From assembly GCA_964447395.1 (NCBI GenBank), contig CAYUSO010000002.1:3341-67340 (forward strand): a DNA stretch of 64,000 nucleotides, given 5' to 3'. How positions within the stretch are numbered: position 1 is the stretch's first letter; each line of letters opens with the position of its first letter. Below, piece by piece: positions 20,639-30,761 of the stretch. The position numbers and the translations under genes were made by a program. The notes under the pieces were generated by a model. It had not been told where the DNA came from and did no database searches. It worked only from the letters and a program-made list of their open reading frames with translations. This DNA comes from an uncultured Rhizobium sp. GTDB lineage: Bacteria; Pseudomonadota; Alphaproteobacteria; Rickettsiales; UBA1997.

Positions 20639-21706
20639 TCACAACTTTCCCAATGATTCCAATTCCCACTTTGCTTTCGGCTTAAAATTTAAATCATCTT
20701 TTTTTCCTAGCCTTAACTTCTCTAAGCCAGTCCAGGCAACCATTGCGGCGTTGTCGGTGCAAAGCGGAATTGGTGGTACAATGATTTCTAAATCACGATC
20801 TTTTGCCCAATTTTCTAGATGTGAAAAAATATAACGATTCGCCGCCACTCCGCCAGCAAGAACAATTGATTTCACAAATCGTAAATCATGAATTGTAAGC
20901 AAATTATTTAGTCGATTGATGATTAGCTCGCAAACCACGCGTTGAAAGGAAGCGCAGATGTCAAACTTGTCTTTTTCCTGCAGCTTTTTTGGCGAAGTTA
21001 GATGCGAAAATTCTTCTCCGGTTAACTTTTCAATTTCGCGCCTAACCGCTGTTTTCAAGCCAGAAAAGGAAAAATTGCAGCGATGATTTTCATCTTTTGA
21101 ATCGAGCAAAGGTCGAGAAAATTTGAAGCGCATTGCGTCACCCTGCGCCGCCATTTTCTCAACTGATGGCCCTCCCGGATAAGGCAAATCAAGCATTTGG
21201 GCTATTTTATCAAAAGCTTCGCCCAGAGCATCATCGATGGTTTCGCCAAACTTTTCGTAATCAGAAACGCCACGCGCCAAAAGAATTTGGCAATGTCCGC
21301 CAGAAATCAGCAGCAGCAAATAAGGAAATTCTAAATCGCTACAAAGCCGCGCTGTTAAAGCGTGCGCCTCAAGATGATTCACCGCTAAAAATGGTTTTTG
21401 ATAAATCGAAGCAAGAGTTTTTGCCGCCGTCATTCCAACAATTACGCCGCCGATTAATCCCGGCCCTGACGTTGCGGCAAAGCCGTCAATTTTTTCAAAT
21501 TTTAAATTTGCCTCACGAAGCGCTTGCAAAATCATCTCATCCAAAACTTCAACATGTCCGCGCGCCGCAAGCTCTGGCACCACTCCACCAAATTTTTTAT
21601 GCAACTCGATTTGTGATTTTAAAACGTGAGAAAGAATATTTTTTTTATCATCCACAATCGCCACAGCTGTCTCATCGCAAGAAGTTTCAATGCCAAGAAT
21701 TTTCAT
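20639..21706 (-). CDS. tsaD: tRNA t6A biosynthesis protein TsaD
   Basis: GIETSCDET, NHLEAH, SGGH, DDALGEAFDK, GGVAAN, TDNAAM. Confidence 0.97.
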   Translation of the reverse strand: MKILGIETSCDETAVAIVDDKKNILSHVLKSQIELHKKFGGVVPELAARGHVEVLDEMILQALREANLKFEKIDGFAATSGPGLIGGVIVGMTAAKTLASIYQKPFLAVNHLEAHALTARLCSDLEFPYLLLLISGGHCQILLARGVSDYEKFGETIDDALGEAFDKIAQMLDLPYPGGPSVEKMAAQGDAMRFKFSRPLLDSKDENHRCNFSFSGLKTAVRREIEKLTGEEFSHLTSPKKLQEKDKFDICASFQRVVCELIINRLNNLLTIHDLRFVKSIVLAGGVAANRYIFSHLENWAKDRDLEIIVPPIPLCTDNAAMVAWTGLEKLRLGKKDDLNFKPKAKWELESLGKL

Positions 21707-21982
21707 TTAGTTTTTGAATAAATCAGAGTGAGAACCGGTGGGTTCGAGGATTAATTCTTTTGCGGAAGAGCGATAAATCAGCAACCAGTCTGGCTCGATG
21801 TGAAGCTCGCGCGAACCAGAATAATCGCCGATGAGCTTGTGGTCGCGATATTTTGGCGGAAGAACTACATCTTTTTTTATCAACAACTCTACAACCTCGC
21901 TGAATTTTCGCTGATCTTTACCCCTTTTGAGCATCAACTTAAACTCCTTTTTAAATTGGCTTGTTCGGGTGATTAGTTTCAT
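21707..21982 (-). CDS. Type II toxin, YafQ/RelE family
   Basis: YRDHKL.G, RELHIEPDWLLIY, TGSHSDLF. Confidence 0.92.
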   Translation of the reverse strand: MKLITRTSQFKKEFKLMLKRGKDQRKFSEVVELLIKKDVVLPPKYRDHKLIGDYSGSRELHIEPDWLLIYRSSAKELILEPTGSHSDLFKN

Positions 21983-21990
21983 GGGTTTGA

Positions 21991-22251
21991 TTATTTTGAG
22001 TTCAGATCACGCATCAATTCGCCGACATTTTTTACAGTTTTTAGCTTATGTGGTTTATTACGACTTTCTTTAAGCGCTCTTACTGTTTCTTTTTTCAAAA
22101 CTCGCACCACCCCATCATCGCGAATGAGAATTTTTTCTTTCGCGCGCAAGGCTTCAAGCACGTAATCCTTGATTGAAACTCCAAAATGAACTGCTGCCAG
22201 CTTGAGCATTTTGTAGTCTTCATCTGGTATTTCGATAGTCATTTTTGTCAT
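21991..22251 (-). CDS. Antitoxin (RHH N-terminus, RelB/DinJ-like C-terminus)
   Basis: Upstream of the toxin; RBS AGGAGA; RHH-like KMTIEIPDE...SIKDYVL; KETVRALKES...VGELMRDL. Confidence 0.8.
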   Translation of the reverse strand: MTKMTIEIPDEDYKMLKLAAVHFGVSIKDYVLEALRAKEKILIRDDGVVRVLKKETVRALKESRNKPHKLKTVKNVGELMRDLNSK

Positions 22252-22274
22252 GGTTTCTCCTAAAAATATGGTTA

Positions 22275-22305
22275 TACGGAAATACAGGTTCCTGTATTAC
22301 TGTAT
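22275..22305. promoter_or_regulatory. Putative operator palindrome of the toxin-antitoxin pair
   Basis: AATACAGG-TT-CCTGTATT at 22281-22298, 30 bp upstream of the antitoxin start. Confidence 0.6.
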
Positions 22306-22367
22306 GGAGTCAAGTAGGAAGATTTGGTAAGATTGGGATTTATTCCTTCACGAACAAATTTTTATTT

Positions 22368-22416
22368 TAGACACTGTTAGCTAATTATTTTTCTCGGGAT
22401 TCTTCGCCAATTTTTA
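22368..22416. mobile_element. Half copy of the MITE at 30598-30761
   Basis: Matches the reverse complement of that element's right end over about 49 bp. Confidence 0.85.
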
Positions 22417-23853
22417 CTTGTGATAAATATCGATATTCCCAAAGCGCGTGAATTCGGCATCAAAGAAAAGGTTAACGCTGCCAACTGGGCCGTTGCGCTG
22501 CTTGGCGATTATGACTTCCGCCTTGTGCGACATTTCCTGCATTTGCATTTTCCATTCGTTGAATTTTTCAACCTCACCTTCTGGCGGACGTTTGCGCTCT
22601 AGGTAGTAGCTGTCGCGATAGATGAAAGCGACGACGTCAGCATCTTGCTCAATTGAACCCGATTCGCGCAAATCGGAAAGTTGCGGACGTTTATCTTCGC
22701 GCTGCTCAACTGCCCGCGAAAGCTGTGACAGAGCCATTACCGGAATGTTAAATTCTTTGGCAATCGCCTTCAAACCTTGCGTAATTTCCGAAACTTCCTG
22801 CACGCGATTTTCTGCGGAGCGAGTAGAAGTGCCACGAATTAACTGCAAATAATCCACCACCAAAAGCGAGAGATTATGCTTGCGCACCATACGTCTGGCG
22901 CGGGTACGGATCGCAGAAATTGAAAGCGCTGGAGTGTCATCGATAAAAAGTGGCATTTTCGAAATCTCGGCGGAGCGCATGGCCACAGCTTCCCACTCAG
23001 TTTCACTTAATTGACCCGTTCTAAATTTCGTAGCATTGATGCTGGATTCCATCGAAAGAATCCGCGCCGCCAATTGATCGGAAGACATTTCCAACGAAAA
23101 AAATCCCACCGCTTTTTTATCTTTTTGCTCTTCGATATTCTTATTCAAAAACTTGCAGGCATTAACGACGATGTTGATTCCTAAGGCGGTCTTACCCATT
23201 GAGGGTCTTCCGGCAAGAATGATGAGATCGGATTGCTGCATGCCGCTCAGAATTTTATCGAGATCGACCAAACCAGTTGAAATTCCACTGATGTGGCTGT
23301 CGCGCTGTTTAGCTAGCAGAGTTTTATCGAGGGTTTCTTTGAGCGAGACGGAAATATTTCTAAAATCGGAACGACCATTGCCATGCTCCGAGAGCTTGAA
23401 AAGACTGGATTCAGCGCTTTCAATCTGTTCAGCCGCGGAGGTTTTTTCTTCGGCTTTAAAAACACGATTGACGATATCCTCGCCAACCATTGCCAATTCA
23501 CGCTTCAAGGCCGAATCGTGAATCAAGCGGCCATAATCGCCGATGTCGATAATTGACGATGCGGTGGCGAGAAGAGTGGCGAGATAAGATGCGCCGCCAA
23601 CGGCTTTGATTGTTGGATCTGATTCAAAAAATTGCTTCAGCGTCACTTGATTGGCAACGATGTGGACATGCTCAACATTATGCAAAATCTGCGCGAAAAT
23701 TTTCTGATGCGCCGGCTCGTAGAAATGCTCCGGACGCAAAAATTCCACAACACGGTTTAGATATTCGTTGTTGAGAATAATCGTTCCCAAAACCGCTTGC
23801 TCAGCTTCGATGTTGAAAAGTTCTTTTTTGGCGGAAATTTCTGATGACATCAC
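22414..23853 (-). CDS. dnaB: Replicative DNA helicase
   Basis: EAEQAVLG, GRPSMGKT, DYLQL, SQLSR, LRESGSIEQDAD, KQRNGP. Confidence 0.98.
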   Translation of the reverse strand: MMSSEISAKKELFNIEAEQAVLGTIILNNEYLNRVVEFLRPEHFYEPAHQKIFAQILHNVEHVHIVANQVTLKQFFESDPTIKAVGGASYLATLLATASSIIDIGDYGRLIHDSALKRELAMVGEDIVNRVFKAEEKTSAAEQIESAESSLFKLSEHGNGRSDFRNISVSLKETLDKTLLAKQRDSHISGISTGLVDLDKILSGMQQSDLIILAGRPSMGKTALGINIVVNACKFLNKNIEEQKDKKAVGFFSLEMSSDQLAARILSMESSINATKFRTGQLSETEWEAVAMRSAEISKMPLFIDDTPALSISAIRTRARRMVRKHNLSLLVVDYLQLIRGTSTRSAENRVQEVSEITQGLKAIAKEFNIPVMALSQLSRAVEQREDKRPQLSDLRESGSIEQDADVVAFIYRDSYYLERKRPPEGEVEKFNEWKMQMQEMSHKAEVIIAKQRNGPVGSVNLFFDAEFTRFGNIDIYHK

Positions 23854-23871
23854 GAATAGCGAATTGAGATT

Positions 23872-24636
23872 TTATCTGGATTTGGGCTTGTTAGCATCAA
23901 CTGGTAAAGCAGATGAAGGTTGCGCATTAGATCCTGGCTTTCCACCCCTTTGATTTGGTCGCTTATCATGCGAAGTTCCTTCGAGATATACCGGCAAATC
24001 ATATTCGCTTCCTTTTAGATAATCTGGTAAGCCGCTGGGAGAGGAATCGAGCAATTCATCTAAACCTTCATACTCGTCTGGTTGAGGCGCAGATTGAGTA
24101 GAATTTGAAGATTTAGCCGCCGATGATGAAGATGATGAAGCGGATGCAGATTGCACTGGAGATTTTCTAAAGGCTCTAGAGATGCGAGCTAGAATATTAC
24201 CCCGACTATCAACACCCTGCTCTGCAATGATGCGTTTAGTATTTTCCAAATATCCAATTACTCCTGCGAGAGATCTGAGAATAAGATCCTGAACAGCCTT
24301 ATTTTCCACGCCAGAAGCCTCGCTATGAATACGCTTAAATTCAGCGATTGAAGCGTCATCACGAGCGGCATGTTTTTTCTTTATTTTTCTTAACTGCTCC
24401 ACAACTCCAGATGGAATTTCTGATGAAAATCTTTCCTTCTGAAAACGATCGCTTGGCAAAGATCTGTCTCTAAAAATTACGCGCATTCTTTCGGATAAAT
24501 CACTATCGCGCTCAGCAATGCTTGATATTTTCTCGCCAACATATCGCAAAGCTTCTTGCTCAGGAGACAGCGGAGTGTGCGTCGGAACCTTTGGAAGAGA
24601 GTTAAGAATTTCTGCTGTAGAAGAATTTTTAGACAT
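23872..24636 (-). CDS. Hypothetical Ser-rich orphan protein
   Basis: 254-aa ORF filling the glmS-dnaB gap on the same strand. Confidence 0.7.
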   Translation of the reverse strand: MSKNSSTAEILNSLPKVPTHTPLSPEQEALRYVGEKISSIAERDSDLSERMRVIFRDRSLPSDRFQKERFSSEIPSGVVEQLRKIKKKHAARDDASIAEFKRIHSEASGVENKAVQDLILRSLAGVIGYLENTKRIIAEQGVDSRGNILARISRAFRKSPVQSASASSSSSSAAKSSNSTQSAPQPDEYEGLDELLDSSPSGLPDYLKGSEYDLPVYLEGTSHDKRPNQRGGKPGSNAQPSSALPVDANKPKSR

Positions 24637-24645
24637 AAAATTAAT

Positions 24646-26487
24646 TTATTCGACCGTCACCGACTTGGCCAAATTTCTTGGCTGATCGACATCATTGCCT
24701 TTGAAAAGAGCGACGTAATATGCAAGAAGCTGTGTTGAAACTACTGGCAATAGAGCCTCCTGAATCATCCCAGCAACTTCAGGAATTTCTATGGTTTTCT
24801 TTGCCATTTTTCCAAAGTGGGAAATGCCTTTTTTATCGGAGATAAAAATTATTTTTCCGCCACGGGCGTTAACTTCCTGTGCGTTTGACGCGGTTTTTTC
24901 GAAAAGATCATTTTTAGAATTATGCGGCGCAATCACGATTACCGGCATTTTATCGTCGATCAGCGCTATCGTTCCATGTTTTAATTCTCCCGCCGCAATA
25001 CCTTGAGCGTTGATGTAAGACAGTTCACGAAATTTCAGCGCCGCTTCGAAAGATGTCACCTGCGAAATGCCACGACCGATGTAAAGCACGTGCCTCGCTC
25101 GCACTAAACTTCTCGCAATTTTTTTAATATTTTTGATGTCGTTCTTGTCAAAAAGATGAGCCATTTTCGCGCCAGATTCTGCCAATTCCTGCAATAACTT
25201 TACTTTTTCTTTTGCCGAAATTTTGCCGCGCACCGATCCAAAATGAATTGCCAAAAGCGCTAAAACAGAAACTTGCGCCGTGTAAGCCTTTGTTGAAGCA
25301 ACGCCGATTTCTGGACCAGCAACTGTACGAATAACCGCGTCGGAAAGTTGTGCCATTGTGCTGTGCGCTACGTTCACAATCGACAAAATTTTCTGTTTGT
25401 GAGATTTGGCATATTTGAGTGCTGCCAGAGTATCAGCGGTTTCGCCCGATTGCGAAACAAAAATCATCAGATTGTCGTCGCGAAAAGGATGGGCGCGATA
25501 ACGAAATTCCGACGCAATATCAACCTCAACTTCAACGCCAGAAATTTCTTCGATGAGATACTTTGCAGCCATGCCGGAGTAATAGGAAGTGCCGCAAGCG
25601 ACAATGGTGATTTTGTTAATTTTTTTGAGATCGAAAGAAAAATTCGGCAAATGAATTGAGTCGTTGCTGAGATCAACATAAGCCTGAATTGTTTCCTCCA
25701 AAACTCGCGGTTGTTCGTAAATTTCTTTGAGCATGAAGTGATCGTAACCATCTTTGGAAATGCGGTTGTTTTCTGCCTCCATAACCTTCACTTCTTTTTT
25801 TATTTCGCGATTTTTTGCGTCAAAAATTTCAATATTTTTTTTCGAAATAATGGCGAATTCATCATCTTCCAAAGCGATGATTTTGTTAGTTTGACTAGCC
25901 AAAGCGTAATAATCGGAAGCGATGTAATTTTCATTTTCGCCAATTCCCAAAACTAGTGGCGAGCCGCGCTTGGCAACGGCAATCACGTTTTCATTTCCTT
26001 TAAAAATTACAGCGAGCGCGAAAGTTCCGTGAATTTCTTTGGCAGCTTCGAGCAATGATTTTTTAATATCGTGAGTTTTTTCAAAGTGATATTCAATCAA
26101 GTGTGGCACGACTTCGCTATCAGTTTGGCTCAAGAATTTTGCACCTAATTTTTGCAATTTTGCACGCAATTCCTGATGATTTTCAATGATGCCATTGTGA
26201 ACAACGCAAATTTCTGATGAGGCGTGTGGATGCGCATTCTGCTTGCTTGGACGACCATGAGTTGCCCAACGCGTGTGACCAATTCCGATTTCAGAATCGA
26301 AAGATTTTTTCTTCAAAGCAGTTTCGAGTTTGGCAATTTTTCCCTCCTCTTTCACGGTTTTGAATTTGCTATTTTCAAGCACGGCAATTCCTGCTGAATC
26401 ATAGCCACGATATTCAAGTTTTTTTAGACCATCGAGAATGATCGCGACAGAATTTTTACTACCAACAACGCCAACTATTCCGCACAT
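24646..26487 (-). CDS. glmS: Glutamine--fructose-6-phosphate aminotransferase
   Basis: MCGIVG, GHTRWATHG, SQSGET, PRNLAKSVTVE. Confidence 0.98.
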   Translation of the reverse strand: MCGIVGVVGSKNSVAIILDGLKKLEYRGYDSAGIAVLENSKFKTVKEEGKIAKLETALKKKSFDSEIGIGHTRWATHGRPSKQNAHPHASSEICVVHNGIIENHQELRAKLQKLGAKFLSQTDSEVVPHLIEYHFEKTHDIKKSLLEAAKEIHGTFALAVIFKGNENVIAVAKRGSPLVLGIGENENYIASDYYALASQTNKIIALEDDEFAIISKKNIEIFDAKNREIKKEVKVMEAENNRISKDGYDHFMLKEIYEQPRVLEETIQAYVDLSNDSIHLPNFSFDLKKINKITIVACGTSYYSGMAAKYLIEEISGVEVEVDIASEFRYRAHPFRDDNLMIFVSQSGETADTLAALKYAKSHKQKILSIVNVAHSTMAQLSDAVIRTVAGPEIGVASTKAYTAQVSVLALLAIHFGSVRGKISAKEKVKLLQELAESGAKMAHLFDKNDIKNIKKIARSLVRARHVLYIGRGISQVTSFEAALKFRELSYINAQGIAAGELKHGTIALIDDKMPVIVIAPHNSKNDLFEKTASNAQEVNARGGKIIFISDKKGISHFGKMAKKTIEIPEVAGMIQEALLPVVSTQLLAYYVALFKGNDVDQPRNLAKSVTVE

Positions 26488-26515
26488 TTTTTTTGAAGTT
26501 TTATGGTTAACGAAA

Positions 26516-26550
26516 GCGCGGCAGAGTAAGAATGGTTGTGATGATGTAAA
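26516..26550 (-). promoter_or_regulatory. Putative promoter of glmS
   Basis: TTTACA-N16-TACTCT-GCCGCGC. Confidence 0.5.
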
Positions 26551-26669
26551 TTGTAATTTTTTGTAAAACTATGGAGGCGATTATCGCTTGAGGAGCTGAA
26601 AAATAAGGCGATTAATCTCTTTGGGTGCAAAGACAGATCCCGAAACAATTGACGATTATTCCATTTTAG

Positions 26670-26790
26670 CCTCAGCTCCCCGAGCGGAGTCGAGGGGTGG
26701 GAAAGCAAACTCTCATCCCCTCGACTCCGCTCGGGGAACTAAGAAGTTTCTGGAACTGGGAAGTTTTAGTCTGTTGCAGGATAACTCCCA
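26670..26790. repeat. REP-like family A, full copy with outer arm
   Basis: ctcagctccccgagcggagtcgagggg-tgggaaagcaaactctcat-cccctcgactccgctcggggaact...ttttagtctgttgcaggataactccc. Confidence 0.9.
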
Positions 26791-26874
26791 AAATAATTAC
26801 CAAAAATAAAATCAAAAAAGTTGCGATAAAAAACACCGCAAAATAGAAAACGAAACTCAAATTTTTCCCCCAAA

Positions 26875-28107
26875 ATGCTTTTTTCAAAACACGTTAGAAT
26901 CGGCTTAGTCATTGCCTTTGCAGCATGTTTCTTGTCCTCCGCGATTTCCGCACAGCCGACAAAAATTTTTGTTAAAAAAATTCAATTCACCGGAAAAAAC
27001 CGTTTGGAAATTTTAATTTCCGACAAAACCGATGCCAAATTTTTTACTTTGGAAAATCCTGATCGCTTAGTTGTCGACATTAAAAATGCCGCACTCGAGA
27101 AACCAAGCTATTCGCCCGCTCTACCGTTTTTTGTAAAATCTTTTCGCAATAAACTTAATCAAGATTCTCTGCGTTTAGTTTTTGATTTAACGCAAAAAAT
27201 CTCACTGCAAAACAGCGGTTTCGAAAAGAAATCGAATAAGATTTTTGTCGAAATTCACGACATAAAAAACGACGATTTTATTAGCAGCAAAGTCGAAGAA
27301 TTCGAAGTTGAAACCACGCGAATCATCAATCCAGACGGGTCGGCAAAATATCTCGTCAGAAAAACTCCGGTCATAAAGTCACAAAATTCTGCCACTAACC
27401 TTGTCCGACAAAAAGCTATTCCCGTGATTGTGATTGATCCAGGACATGGCGGAAAAGATCCAGGAACAATCGGAAATTTTGCGCGCACCAAGGAAAAAAA
27501 TATCACTCTTTCCTACGCTCGTGAATTAGGCAAACAGCTTGCAAATACTGGCCGCTACAAGGTTTATCTCACTCGAGACAGCGACATTTTTATTCCTCTA
27601 CGCTTACGCGTTGAAAAAGCGCGACATAAAAAATCTGATCTTTTTATTTCAATTCACGCCAATGCTATTTCCGACAGCTCGGTTTCAGGATTTTCGATTT
27701 ACACTCTTTCAGAAAAATCTTCTGACAAACAGGCGGAATTATTAGCACAAAAAGAAAATCGCGCCGACATAATCAATGGTGTAAATTTCTCTGGAGCCAG
27801 TCAAGACGTGATGAAAACGCTGATTGATTTATCGCAGCGCGAATCTAAAAACAGCTCAGCGCGCTTCGCTTCAATCGCTATAAAATCAGTAAAAAATCAC
27901 GAAATTGAAATTCTGCAAAATACTCACCGCTTTGCTGGATTTGCAGTTTTAACCGCGCCAGATATGGCCTCAACCTTAATTGAGCTTGGCTATTTATCTA
28001 ACAAATCTGAAGAAAAATTACTCAACAGCTTAAGCTATAAACGCCGAGTTGCCGCGAGTTTAGTGCGCGCAATTGACGAATATTTCGCAAAAAACAAAAA
28101 TGAATAA
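26875..28107 (+). CDS. amiC: N-acetylmuramoyl-L-alanine amidase with AMIN domain
   Basis: LENPDRLVVD, IDPGHGGKDPG, FISIHAN, LIELGYLSN. Confidence 0.93.
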   Translation: MLFSKHVRIGLVIAFAACFLSSAISAQPTKIFVKKIQFTGKNRLEILISDKTDAKFFTLENPDRLVVDIKNAALEKPSYSPALPFFVKSFRNKLNQDSLRLVFDLTQKISLQNSGFEKKSNKIFVEIHDIKNDDFISSKVEEFEVETTRIINPDGSAKYLVRKTPVIKSQNSATNLVRQKAIPVIVIDPGHGGKDPGTIGNFARTKEKNITLSYARELGKQLANTGRYKVYLTRDSDIFIPLRLRVEKARHKKSDLFISIHANAISDSSVSGFSIYTLSEKSSDKQAELLAQKENRADIINGVNFSGASQDVMKTLIDLSQRESKNSSARFASIAIKSVKNHEIEILQNTHRFAGFAVLTAPDMASTLIELGYLSNKSEEKLLNSLSYKRRVAASLVRAIDEYFAKNKNE

Positions 28108-30544
28108 AATGAAACGAACCGTTAACACTCTAGTCGCCGCAGGCTTATTTCTAATTCTGATTTGCAGCGCTTTCGGATTTTTTATTTTCAAACGCTATAG
28201 CGAAAATCTTCCTGATTACGAGCAGCTAAAAAATTACAACCCAATGATAACCACGCGACTCTACGCTTCCGACGGTTCTCTGATCAGCGAATTTTCCAAA
28301 GAAAAACGAATTTTTGTTCCAATTGATCGCATTCCTAAAAATCTCATTAATGCCTTTCTTGCCGCCGAAGATGCCAATTTCTACAAGCACTCTGGAATTG
28401 ATCCACTCGCCATTTTTCGCACTTCGATAAATAACTTTTTTGGCATGTTGAAGGGAGATCCGGGAATGGGCGGAGCTTCAACCATCACACAACAAGTGGT
28501 AAAAAACTTTTTACTAACACGTGAGCGCACTTTGCAGCGCAAGGTTAAAGAGGCGATTTTGGCATTCCGCATGTCGGAAGCTTTTTCCAAAGATAAAATT
28601 TTGGAACTCTATTTGAACCAGATCTACCTTGGCTCGGGAGCTTATGGCGTTGCTGCAGCATCACAGGTTTATTTCAACAAATCAATCGACGAACTCACTC
28701 TTGAGGAAGCTGCTCTTCTTGCAACCTTACCAAAAGCGCCGTCAAAACTTGATCCGCGCAAAAATATCGAAAAAGCCAAAGACCGACGCAATTGGGTGAT
28801 TAAGCGCATGATCGATGAAAATTTCATTGAAGAAAAAGAAGGCGAAATGGCGATGGAGCAAGCAATCATTTTAAAAACCAAAGAAGATGAGGAAGTAATC
28901 AAAGCCAGCTTCTTTTCCGACAGCGTAAAAAAAGAATTAAGTGCGCTTTATGGCTCGGATAGCGTGTTTGAAAATGGCTATGTAATTCGCACTACACTTG
29001 ATCCTCGCCTACAAAAAATTGCTGTAAAATCATTCGAACTTGGAATTGAAGAATATGATCAAAAGCACGGCTATCGCGGCGCGGTTGGCAAAATCGAAAC
29101 CTCAGGAAAGTGGCAAGAAGAATTAGAAAAATTCAATGTCGATAAGCTTTACAAAGAATCGTGGCACAAAGCTGTGGTGCTTTCTTTAAGCAAAGATTCT
29201 GCAGCCATTGGAACAGAAAATGGCGATTTAGGATCAATCGAATTTTCTTCGCTAAAATGGGCAAAAAAATACATCAGCACCGATGCTCGCGGCGCCACGC
29301 CAAAAAAAATCTCCGAAGTTTTGAAAGTTGGAGATGTGATTCTCGTTGAGAAAGTCAATGAGCATTACGTTTTGCGACAAGTGCCCGAAGTCAATGGCGG
29401 CTTCGTTGCAATCGATCCTCATACCGGACGCGTTTTAGCCATGAGTGGTGGTTATGTTGATGCACCAAATCAATTTAATCGCGCTACCCAAGCCATGCGT
29501 CAACCTGGCTCGACCATGAAAACTTTTGGTTATATCGCTGCACTAGAAAATGGGATGACGCCAGCAACCATCATCATGGACGAAGAGATCTCTCTCAATC
29601 AAGGTTTTGGCTTACCACCTTATCAACCCTCAAACTATTCTGGAGAGTTTTACGGCCCAACCACTCTGCGCTCGGGATTGGAGCAATCTCGAAACGTCAC
29701 AACGGTACGCATGGCTGATCAAGTCGGCTTGGATAAAGTTGTCGATGTCGTCAAAAGATTTGGGGTTAATGATGATCCGCAGCAAATTTATTCTTTGGTT
29801 TTAGGCTCTACCGAAACAACTGTAGTGCGCCTTGCTACTGCTTATGCGATGATGGTAAATGGCGGAAAAAAAATCACGCCGCTAATGATCGAGAAAATTC
29901 AAGATCGCGATGGAAAAACCATTTATCGTCGCGACAAACGTGAATGCAGCGACTGCTTCATAAGCAATCTCAACGATTACGTCGAAAAAGATATTGCTCA
30001 ACTTTCCTTACCAGTGCTCGATGAAATCAAAGAAGAAATTACCGATTCTGCCACCGCCTATCAAATCACTTCCATGCTGCAAGGCGTTGTGGATCGCGGT
30101 ACCGCGGCACGAGCCAAATCTGTTGGAAAAATTCTTGGCGGAAAAACTGGAACCACCAACAACTCTTACGACTCGTGGTTTGTTGGCTTCTCTCCTGATC
30201 TAGTTGTTGCGGTTTATGTCGGATTTGACACTCCAAAATCATTGGGATCTGAAGAAACTGGCGCCTCTGTCGCTCTTCCAGTCTTCATTAATTTCATGAA
30301 AGATGCATTGAAGGATAAGCCAAACACGCCATTCCGCGTGCCATCATCTGTAAAATTTATGAAGATCGATCGCACTACTGGAAAATATCCAACTCCATCA
30401 ACTCCAAAAGAAAAAATCTTTTTCGAGGCATTTAAACTTAACGATTCAATCGAAGATGATTCTGGAGATGATTCTGAAGAAGAGGAAAAAGGCAGCTTCT
30501 TCGGTGGAAAACCTACCGACGCTGATCCAGTGGGGATTTATTAA
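28100..30544 (+). CDS. mrcA: Penicillin-binding protein 1A
   Basis: AAEDANF, GASTITQQ, RKVKE, STMK (SxxK), SRN, KTG. Confidence 0.95.
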   Translation: MNKMKRTVNTLVAAGLFLILICSAFGFFIFKRYSENLPDYEQLKNYNPMITTRLYASDGSLISEFSKEKRIFVPIDRIPKNLINAFLAAEDANFYKHSGIDPLAIFRTSINNFFGMLKGDPGMGGASTITQQVVKNFLLTRERTLQRKVKEAILAFRMSEAFSKDKILELYLNQIYLGSGAYGVAAASQVYFNKSIDELTLEEAALLATLPKAPSKLDPRKNIEKAKDRRNWVIKRMIDENFIEEKEGEMAMEQAIILKTKEDEEVIKASFFSDSVKKELSALYGSDSVFENGYVIRTTLDPRLQKIAVKSFELGIEEYDQKHGYRGAVGKIETSGKWQEELEKFNVDKLYKESWHKAVVLSLSKDSAAIGTENGDLGSIEFSSLKWAKKYISTDARGATPKKISEVLKVGDVILVEKVNEHYVLRQVPEVNGGFVAIDPHTGRVLAMSGGYVDAPNQFNRATQAMRQPGSTMKTFGYIAALENGMTPATIIMDEEISLNQGFGLPPYQPSNYSGEFYGPTTLRSGLEQSRNVTTVRMADQVGLDKVVDVVKRFGVNDDPQQIYSLVLGSTETTVVRLATAYAMMVNGGKKITPLMIEKIQDRDGKTIYRRDKRECSDCFISNLNDYVEKDIAQLSLPVLDEIKEEITDSATAYQITSMLQGVVDRGTAARAKSVGKILGGKTGTTNNSYDSWFVGFSPDLVVAVYVGFDTPKSLGSEETGASVALPVFINFMKDALKDKPNTPFRVPSSVKFMKIDRTTGKYPTPSTPKEKIFFEAFKLNDSIEDDSGDDSEEEEKGSFFGGKPTDADPVGIY

Positions 30545-30597
30545 ACTGGTCAAAAACAAACCTCGGTCTAATCACCATCCCCTTGGGGAAAGGTGAT

Positions 30598-30761
30598 TAG
30601 ACACTGTTAGCTAATTATTTTCCCCGCTCTTTTCCGCGAATTTTTGCTCTTTTTTTCGTAAAATTTTTCGAAGTATATCCAGATACTCCAAAAAATTTTA
30701 CGAAAAAATCGCTAAAAATTGGCGAAGAATCCCGAGAAAAATAATTAGCTAACAGTGTCTA
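30598..30761. mobile_element. MITE-like element with 22-bp terminal inverted repeats and TA target duplication
   Basis: TA-GACACTGTTAGCTAATTATTTT ... AAAATAATTAGCTAACAGTGTC-TA; internally symmetric; non-coding. Confidence 0.88.

Noticed and set aside
26475..26887. Short ORFs over repeats (also 6459-6659, 41138-41467, 46922-47314, 48541-48753)
   Set aside because: Peptides such as PSTPLGEL and PERSRG are just translations of family A arms
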